NCBI GenBank assembly: GCA_041663745.1
Contig: JBAYMB010000001.1
Location: 1 to 56,632, forward strand
Length of the DNA stretch: 56,632 bases
Source: Minisyncoccota bacterium
GTDB taxonomy: Bacteria; Patescibacteriota; Minisyncoccia; Phycocordibacterales; GWA1-40-21
Direction: 5' to 3'
Position 1 is the stretch's first letter, and each line of letters opens with the position of its first letter. A program made the position numbers and the translations under genes. The notes beneath the pieces were generated by a model that was not told the DNA's origin, ran no database searches, and saw only the letters and a program-made list of their open reading frames with translations. Positions 50,207-56,632 of this stretch are shown here, piece by piece.

Positions 50207-50572
50207 TTATATCACAGGTGATTTATAAATCACCTCGATTATCCTCTCGATCTTCCTGTCAAATTTATCGCTCGCTTTGATCGAGAATACATTGTATCCG
50301 TGAGATATGAGCATCTCCTCCTTGAAATTCCCAGCCTCATCTATGAATATCTTCCTGTCATCAAGGCTTATTTCCTTTATGTTCTTTGCCACTCCGGATA
50401 TGAGAATCAGTGGATCGGATACCGTGGCGCCGTTCTTCGGAGACAATATCTCTATTCTCGGTCCGAACATGACCTTCTGTATCTCATATCCAGTGTATCC
50501 GAAAAGAAGCAATACCAAAAGGGTTATAGTTACGATCTTGAGGATTTTTCTGGTCTTGTGCCTGTCGGTCAT
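50207..50572 (-). CDS. Membrane-anchored small beta-sandwich protein (hypothetical)
   Basis: N-terminal TM helix ILKIVTITLLVLLLFGY, then ~85 aa of Ig-like sequence. Sits between ftsK and recA in the same orientation. Confidence 0.5.
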   Translation of the reverse strand: MTDRHKTRKILKIVTITLLVLLLFGYTGYEIQKVMFGPRIEILSPKNGATVSDPLILISGVAKNIKEISLDDRKIFIDEAGNFKEEMLISHGYNVFSIKASDKFDRKIERIIEVIYKSPVI

Positions 50573-50578
50573 TGTGAT

Positions 50579-52900
50579 TTAGAGGTAGTCTCCCTCATCC
50601 CTCATTTCCTTGAGCTGTTTGGTCGCTTCGGGATCTATTTTTGGCTCTTCTTCTTCCCCCTCTTCTGCTTCCACGGCGTTTCCCCCTATGACCTCTCTGG
50701 CCTTTGCTCCGTCTCCTGGGCCGACCACGCCTCTCTGTTCAAGCAGATCTACGAGTCTGGCTGCTCTTGCATATCCGACCCTCAATCTTCTTTGTATGTA
50801 TGAAGTTGAGGCTTTTCCTGCTTTCAAAACCTCTTCCTTTGCTTGCTCGTACAGGTCATCATCATCGCCTTCGTCATCGAACATTCCTCCTACGACGTCG
50901 CTTCCCCCTGAGCTTTCCGCACCGCCAAGGTCTATCTCTCCGCCAATTAGTTCATTCTTGTACGAATTGACCAGGTATTTGACGATATCCTTCACTTCTT
51001 TCTCCGATACGAATGCAGATTGGATTCTCACAGGTTTGGACATCTCTCCGCCGATGTATAGCATGTCTCCGGCTCCGAGAAGCTTTTCTGCGCCCATTGT
51101 GTCCAAAATAGTCCTTGAGTCGACTTGGGAGACGACTTGAAGGGCGATTCTTGCAGGGACGTTCGCTTTGATGAGACCGGTTATGACATTGACCGACGGT
51201 CTTTGGGTCGAGAGGATGAGATGAATACCGACGGCTCGGCTCATCTGGGCCAAGCGGACTATACCCGCCTCAAGCTCTCTAGGGTATGCCATCATGATGT
51301 CCGCAAGCTCGTCTATCACTATTATAATGTACGGCATTGGTTCTGGGACAGGGTTCTTCTCAGGATTATACGCACCTTTCTTCTTCAACTCCTCGATCTT
51401 TGCAAGACCTGAGGCAAGGATGTTCTTGTGGTATGAATCTATATCCTTCACTGAGTTTGATTCAAGCACGTCATATCTGCGGTCCATTTCTTTTGTTGCC
51501 CACTTGAGGGCAAGAATCGTTTTCTTGGCATCTGTGATGACAGGCGTCAGAAGATGGGGAATCTTGTTGTATAGGGTGAGCTCTACGCGCTTCGGGTCTA
51601 TCATTATGAATTTCAGATTCTCCGGAGAGTTCCTGTACAATAGGGAAGTGATGATGGCGTGGATGGTGACCGATTTTCCTGAACCGGTCGCTCCTGCCAC
51701 AAGGACATGGGGCATCTTTGCCAAGTTGGCATAATGGGATTTCCCGGAAATGCCCTTTCCAAGCGTGATGAGCAGTGGTTTATCTGATTTCTGGAATTCC
51801 TCGGAACCTATGAGCGATGCGAGGCCTACGGTGGATTTTACCGAGTTCGGTATCTCAATACCTACAAGCGATTTTCCTGGGATCGGAGCTTCTATTCGAA
51901 GGGGATGGGCGGCAAGGGCGAGGGAGAGGTCGTTCTGCAGGCCGAGTATCCTTGATATCTTCATTCCTTCCGCCGGCTTCAAAGCATATCTTGTCACGGA
52001 CGGGCCTATGGATACCTCATCCATCTCAACGTCTATGCCGAAGTTCTGCAAAGTCCTTTTTATGATATTCGCATTTGCTTTGACGTCTCCGCTCACCACT
52101 CTGCCTTTGTCATCCTCAAGGAGTGATAATGGAGGCGGGACATATTTCATATTGCTCATGGAATGAGCCGAGACCTTGAGCTCATCCTCATCCTTCTTCA
52201 CAAAGACGCCTTTTGCAGGTTTCTTCTTTTCTTCCTCCTCCTTCTCTTCTTCAACCTCAACCCTCACCTTCTTTTTCTTTTCAGGGATCTCCTCATTTAT
52301 TTTCATATTCTCCAAGTCATCATCCTCTTCCTCCTCATCATCAAAATAGTTCTTTTTATCTTTCTTTCTCCAGAACAAGATCGATTCAACTGTTATCTTC
52401 GTCTCAAAAAGTATCAGGCATGATATGACGAACACTGCGAACAAGATGATCGCGCTTGAATAGAAACTGAACATGCTTGAGAGGGGAGTGGAAATGAGCC
52501 ACCCTATCTTTCCTCCTTGAACTTTCCATTCATATGTCCTTGCGAAGAGATCTATGAGCCCGAGGCCTGATATGAAGAAGAGTATTCCTCCGAAGACCTT
52601 CAACTTGTTGAAATCCTTCTCCTCCGCTTTGAAGAACGAGATGGAGAGCATGAGAAAGAACGCAGGTATGAGGAAGTATCCGATGCCGAGAAGTGTCCAG
52701 AGCAGATTGAACGCTTCCTTGCCGACAGGTCCTGCATAGTATGTCTCATTTCCGGCAGAGCCTGAGTGTATTGATGCGAGGGTGAATATAATCGCAAGGA
52801 CAAAAAAAACGACAGCAAGTATCGCCTGCTTCGTTTCATCTTTTATGTTTCTCCAGAATGAAGATCTCTTCCCGTTCTTTTCTTTTTGTTTTGAAGCCAT
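50579..52900 (-). CDS. ftsK: DNA translocase FtsK/SpoIIIE
   Basis: 4-5 N-terminal TM helices, an acidic linker, Walker A GATGSGKS, and a gamma winged-helix STSYIQRRLRVGYARAARLVDLLEQRGVVGP. Confidence 0.9.
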   Translation of the reverse strand: MASKQKEKNGKRSSFWRNIKDETKQAILAVVFFVLAIIFTLASIHSGSAGNETYYAGPVGKEAFNLLWTLLGIGYFLIPAFFLMLSISFFKAEEKDFNKLKVFGGILFFISGLGLIDLFARTYEWKVQGGKIGWLISTPLSSMFSFYSSAIILFAVFVISCLILFETKITVESILFWRKKDKKNYFDDEEEEDDDLENMKINEEIPEKKKKVRVEVEEEKEEEEKKKPAKGVFVKKDEDELKVSAHSMSNMKYVPPPLSLLEDDKGRVVSGDVKANANIIKRTLQNFGIDVEMDEVSIGPSVTRYALKPAEGMKISRILGLQNDLSLALAAHPLRIEAPIPGKSLVGIEIPNSVKSTVGLASLIGSEEFQKSDKPLLITLGKGISGKSHYANLAKMPHVLVAGATGSGKSVTIHAIITSLLYRNSPENLKFIMIDPKRVELTLYNKIPHLLTPVITDAKKTILALKWATKEMDRRYDVLESNSVKDIDSYHKNILASGLAKIEELKKKGAYNPEKNPVPEPMPYIIIVIDELADIMMAYPRELEAGIVRLAQMSRAVGIHLILSTQRPSVNVITGLIKANVPARIALQVVSQVDSRTILDTMGAEKLLGAGDMLYIGGEMSKPVRIQSAFVSEKEVKDIVKYLVNSYKNELIGGEIDLGGAESSGGSDVVGGMFDDEGDDDDLYEQAKEEVLKAGKASTSYIQRRLRVGYARAARLVDLLEQRGVVGPGDGAKAREVIGGNAVEAEEGEEEEPKIDPEATKQLKEMRDEGDYL

Positions 52901-53046
52901 ATGTACATGAGATTATATCAAATTTTTTTGGATATTTCTCCTGAAAATAGGGGATTGTCCGCTTAAAAAACGAATTCAAGATCCAAAATTGACCATTTTC
53001 AACATATGCTCAAAAAGCCTGTATCTTAGCCTCAATACTTGTCTTC

Positions 53047-53075
53047 TTGACAAAAATGTGCTGTAGTAGTATAAT
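53047..53075 (+). promoter_or_regulatory. Consensus sigma70 promoter
   Basis: TTGACA (53047-53052), 17 nt, TATAAT (53070-53075). Implies a ~135-nt leader before ATG-53216. Confidence 0.6.
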
Positions 53076-53215
53076 ACTCTTTACATGCGATATCGGACAT
53101 ATTATCATGGACAGTGAATTCAGAACTCGTCCGAAAAAATTTAAAGGACAAATCATAAAAGACACGTTAATTCTAAAGGACTTAATACCAATAAGACATT
53201 AATAGGACAATCAAT

Positions 53216-54022
53216 ATGAGCGATACAAATCAGAACAATCAAGTGAATACGGAAAACCAAAATGGCCTTGTTGTAAGGGCTGATGTCGAGTCATTGTTCT
53301 CGGGGGACTCATATGGTCTCTTTGTGTTCAAAAAGACAGAGAAGATCGTGACCGCCATATATCTTTTGACTGGCGTCATGTCCGAAAAGGAACCGATGAA
53401 AGAAAGGATGAGAACAATCGCTACCGATATGCTGGCGACCGCTTTTGCGATGTCCGATAGAATATGGGGAGAGGAAGTGTTCCAAAAAAATCTTTCAGGT
53501 TCCATACATGAGATCGTGACTCTTTTTGACATTGCCGAGAAGACGAAGATGGTCTCAAAGATGAACCACGATATCATAACCACAGAGCTCAAGAAGATGC
53601 TTGATTTCCTCGTAACTTCGGCATTGAACTACTCCTCGGCCAAGATCGCAATTGAACCTGGTCTTTTTGACGGCGATTACAATTACGTCTCAGAAAAGAG
53701 ATATCAGAACCAGCCAGTGGAACAGAAGGTTGCCGCAAGCAATGAGCATAAAGGACAAGTTATTCTAAAGGACATGAGACAGAATAATGTAGAGAAAATT
53801 GCAAAGGCTCCAGCGGTGGCCAGAGCTCCAAAAGACAACAACAGGCAGGAGGTCATAACAGGAATGCTGAAAGACGGGTCAAAGCTCACCATAAAGGATT
53901 TCGCCAAGAATATAAAAGGATGCAGTGAAAAGACCATCCAGAGGGAATTGATCACCATGGTATCAAAAGGCCTATTGAAGAAGGAGGGGGAGCGCAGATG
54001 GTCAAAATACTTCATCGCATAA
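53216..54022 (+). CDS. Hypothetical protein with C-terminal winged-helix DNA-binding domain
   Basis: The C-terminus TIKDFAKNIKGCSEKTIQRELITMVSKGLLKKEGERRWSKY resembles DeoR/MarR-type wHTH. The N-terminal ~190 aa are unassigned. Confidence 0.55.
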   Translation: MSDTNQNNQVNTENQNGLVVRADVESLFSGDSYGLFVFKKTEKIVTAIYLLTGVMSEKEPMKERMRTIATDMLATAFAMSDRIWGEEVFQKNLSGSIHEIVTLFDIAEKTKMVSKMNHDIITTELKKMLDFLVTSALNYSSAKIAIEPGLFDGDYNYVSEKRYQNQPVEQKVAASNEHKGQVILKDMRQNNVEKIAKAPAVARAPKDNNRQEVITGMLKDGSKLTIKDFAKNIKGCSEKTIQRELITMVSKGLLKKEGERRWSKYFIA

Positions 54023-54044
54023 AGGACATTTCATAATATCAGCT

Positions 54045-54080
54045 AAAAACACCGGATCCTTCGCAGGACCCGGTGTTTTT
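54045..54080 (+). terminator. Rho-independent terminator
   Basis: CACCGG-A-TCCT (54050-54060) pairs with AGGA-C-CCGGTG (54065-54075), flanked by A5 and T5. Confidence 0.8.
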
Positions 54081-54275
54081 GTATTGGGCAGAGGCCTAAT
54101 ATCTAACATCCTATGAGCACCTGTCTAGTCTTGTTTCCCGTAGGGTTATATGCAACAATGGCCTGCATGTGGTTTTGACCATTTATGGGTTGCGATCTGC
54201 CTGTTTCTCAGCTTCTTTAAAAGAGCCAAGAAACTGCGGGATACAACCTGTTTTAGTTATCCACAGTTTCCTATT

Positions 54276-54304
54276 TTGCTTGTTTTTTAACAAGATTATA
54301 TAAT
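54276..54304 (+). promoter_or_regulatory. Sigma70-type promoter inside the long ORF-free region
   Basis: TTGCTT (54276-54281), 17 nt, TATAAT (54299-54304). The next long ORF starts about 550 nt downstream. Confidence 0.45.
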
Positions 54305-54854
54305 AGGGGAACGAGATATGAGTTGCACCCAAAAAGGCTTTTCATGTCTCAGGGAACAGACAATTTTAGATTGTCTGCTTTCTGGCGATTCGCAAGGATT
54401 GCCGAGATTCCAGTAACACTGTTTCGGGCGAAAACAAAGCCCTGTTGTCAGTGGTCGAGAACTTTGACAATTGAATATTCGGAATTCGGAAAGTCAGTTT
54501 AGTTTATGACAGCTAATCCGTCTTTCTTGTGTCGAACTCGAGCGCAAAAAAGCGATCACCTTCTCAAGATGATTGCGCGCTTGGGAATATGAGAAGGAGG
54601 GAATAGTAGTAAAAGTCGCATGAGCAATTTGTCGGCCATGTGTTATCTCGAAATTTTTGGATGGTCATTCTGAAAATTTCAATGAGAGCAGAGACGATCA
54701 TCAGATCTAGATGGAAAGTTTTTAGTCGAAACAATTTATCTTGCTTCTAAATAATGAAGTTCACTGGTGAACAGACAGAGGATCTTTCCAAAGTTATTAG
54801 CTTTTATTAGTTAGTGTTAGGGAAAGTTCTCTTAAGTTAAAAATCACATTTAAT

Positions 54855-56632
54855 ATGTTATCAAGAAAATTAAGATCAATGTTCGGAACAGTTGTCGGTT
54901 TGGCAATGGTTCTATCATTGGTAGGAGGTAGCGTTGCGCAAGCAGCTGCACTTTCACAGACACAGATCAATGCAATCGTCTCATTACTCCAATCATTTGG
55001 AGCTGATGCAGGAACAGTTGCAAACGTTACTGCGTCTTTGAACGGTCAGCCAACAACTGGCGGAACGACAACCACAACATCAGGATCAGGTTACAACTTC
55101 GCAACCGATCTTACAGTCGGAAGCAAAGGCGCTGATGTCACAGCATTACAACAGGTTCTTGTTAGCGGAGGATACCTAACTATGCCAGCAGGCGTAGCAT
55201 ACGGTTACTTCGGATCGATCACGAAAGCAGCAGTCATCAAATATCAGTTGGCAAAGGGCATCGCCCCAGCCGCCGGATACTTTGGTCCTAAGACAAGAGC
55301 TTCAATGAGCGGTTCATCAGTAACAACAACCACCACGACAACTTCAACTGGTACAGACTTGGCAGTCTCACTCGCCGCCACATCACCTGTAGCAGGAGCA
55401 GTCATCAACGGTCAGGCAGCAGCAAATTTGGCTGAATACACATTCACGAACAAATCATCTGCACCTGCACTTGTTACCAACGTAACATTGATGAGAGGTG
55501 GAGTTTCAGCAGACACAACATTGAACAATGTATATCTTTTCAGCGGTGCAACAAGACTGACAGAGTCAGCAACAGTTTCATCAGGAAAGATCACATTCAA
55601 CGCAGGAGCAGGATTGTTCACAGTCCCAGCTGGCGGTTCAGTCACGGTGGCTGTTAAAGCAGACATCTTGAGCACAGCAGCAGCAGGTCAGACAGTTAAC
55701 GTTTCTCTTACGGGAGTGACGTCAAATGTCGCCGTTGCAGCAGTCTACCCAATCTCAGGTTCTACGATGACAGTAGCTACAGCTTCAGACTTGGCTACGG
55801 TCACTCTTGCTTCAACCTCAGTCTCTACGACTTTGGAAGCAGGTTCGATAAACCAGACGATATGGGGTTCATCATTCACGCAAGCAGGAAGAGCAGTCTA
55901 TCTTAAGAGCTTGGCCGTCAAGGTCATAGGTTCAGTACCAGCAGATTCATTCCAGAACTTGAAACTTTTTGTTTCAGGAGTTCAAGTCGCAACAGCGACC
56001 GGAGTTGATGCAAACGGTATGATAACCTTCGATCTTACGAGCAATCCTTACAAGATCGATTCCTCAAGAAATCTCGAGATCAGAGCAGATATCGTCAACG
56101 GTTCAACAAGAACCTTCTCAGTATCTCTCCAGAACGTAGCTGACATCCAGGTTATAGACTCAAACTACAACATTGGCATCTCAGTCGCCGGAACACTTCC
56201 TACGACAAATACGATCACAGTCTCAGGAGGTACTCTCGCGATTTCTCTTGATTCAACGCTTGGTTCAAGCGATGTCGTCCTCGGTTCAACCGGAGTTTCT
56301 TTGGCGAAATACACAGTCAAAGCATACGGTGAGAACATGAAGACATCTTACTTGAAAGTTGCAGCTAGCCAGGATTTGACGAACGTCACTTTGTACTTGA
56401 ATGGTTCATCCATCTCAAGCTCACAGAACGTTTCTTCAACGACAGCTACGACATTCAGCTTAGGTTCATCGATGATCATCAACGCTGGCACAACAGCCAC
56501 TCTTGAGATCAGAGGTGACTTGAAGAATGCCGCAGGTACAAGCATAGCTACAAGCTCGACGGTCATAGTCACATTGCAGAGCTACACGAACAACACACAA
56601 GGTTCGTACTCTTCAGCATTGACGACATACCC
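54855..56632 (+). CDS. 3'-truncated large surface (S-layer-like) protein: signal peptide + peptidoglycan-binding domain + tandem beta-sandwich repeats (absent from the ORF track)
   Basis: I translated from ATG-54855 to the window end (592 codons) without a stop: MLSRKLRSMFGTVVGLAMVLSLVGGSVAQAAA.... PG_binding_1-like GSKGADVTALQQVL...GYFGSITKAAVIKYQ...GYFGPKTRA. Thr-rich linkers and strongly biased codons (tca/aca/gca/ggt). Confidence 0.8.
   Translation, partial: MLSRKLRSMFGTVVGLAMVLSLVGGSVAQAAALSQTQINAIVSLLQSFGADAGTVANVTASLNGQPTTGGTTTTTSGSGYNFATDLTVGSKGADVTALQQVLVSGGYLTMPAGVAYGYFGSITKAAVIKYQLAKGIAPAAGYFGPKTRASMSGSSVTTTTTTTSTGTDLAVSLAATSPVAGAVINGQAAANLAEYTFTNKSSAPALVTNVTLMRGGVSADTTLNNVYLFSGATRLTESATVSSGKITFNAGAGLFTVPAGGSVTVAVKADILSTAAAGQTVNVSLTGVTSNVAVAAVYPISGSTMTVATASDLATVTLASTSVSTTLEAGSINQTIWGSSFTQAGRAVYLKSLAVKVIGSVPADSFQNLKLFVSGVQVATATGVDANGMITFDLTSNPYKIDSSRNLEIRADIVNGSTRTFSVSLQNVADIQVIDSNYNIGISVAGTLPTTNTITVSGGTLAISLDSTLGSSDVVLGSTGVSLAKYTVKAYGENMKTSYLKVAASQDLTNVTLYLNGSSISSSQNVSSTTATTFSLGSSMIINAGTTATLEIRGDLKNAAGTSIATSSTVIVTLQSYTNNTQGSYSSALTTY

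Noticed and set aside
54318-54416. A 32-aa Cys-containing ORF (MSCTQKGFSCLREQTILDCLLSGDSQGLPRFQ*) just downstream of the 54276 promoter, considered as a possible RiPP precursor or leader peptide
   Set aside because: There are no modifying enzymes, transporter or conservation evidence in the window, and the ORF contains an internal hairpin. This is insufficient support to call a CDS. It is mentioned only as part of the ORF-free region finding.
54023-54854. RNase P RNA, tmRNA, SRP RNA, 6S RNA or tRNA in the long ORF-free region (and in other spacers: 2084-2369, 19683-19871, 52901-53215)
   Set aside because: I could not find the conserved strings I know by eye: the GAGGAAAGTCC-type P4, GGTTCGAATCC-type T-loops, or a tRNA-like 3' end with CCA. 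Absence by eye is not proof, and Rfam scanning is needed.
55412-56572. Minus-strand ORFs 55412..55675 and 56348..56572
   Set aside because: They are antisense to the open-ended surface-protein frame, which has a signal peptide, a PG-binding domain and strong codon bias.

Overview
This is a gene-dense 56.6-kb segment, mostly + strand with short intergenic gaps. The gene content fits a small-genome uncultivated bacterium of the Candidate Phyla Radiation/Patescibacteria (Parcubacteria-like) type.

**Housekeeping genes recognised:** tsaE, mscL, polA, nusA, tig, pilB-type ATPase, metG, tatD, secE-nusG-rplK, argS, ileS, recO, glyQS, rpsF-ssb-rpsR, efp, recA, ftsK.

**Accessory content:** four LamG-type pseudopilin paralogs, three toxin-antitoxin-type loci, a cluster of small XRE regulators, several G+C-rich single-gene islets, and lineage-specific membrane and surface proteins. 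I recognised no rRNA, tRNA, CRISPR array or transposase.

**ORFs the six-frame track misses:** secE (59 aa), two 48-aa membrane ORFs, and a large surface-protein gene that runs off the 3' edge of the window.

**Most interesting observations:**
1. A tight divergent pyrimidine-deoxynucleotide cluster at 21.8-27.7 kb. It is built around an 802-aa MtrA/DUF4346-like + thymidylate-synthase-like fusion, with a ParB/Srx-fold protein, two different deaminases, dUTPase and a HAD phosphatase.
2. An isoleucyl-tRNA synthetase carrying a ~200-aa histidine-phosphatase (RHG) domain inserted in its catalytic body.
3. A (GA)11.5 dinucleotide repeat that places a promoter-proximal ATG out of frame with a pilin gene, which looks like a phase-variation switch.
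4. Mosaic conservation between pilin paralogs about 41 kb apart.
5. A recurring TGnTAnnnT element 6-9 nt upstream of start codons, suggesting leaderless mRNAs, in contrast to the SD-bearing G+C-rich islets.
6. An 832-bp ORF-free stretch with its own promoter upstream of the surface-protein gene.

All functional calls rest on motif recognition by eye. No database search was run.
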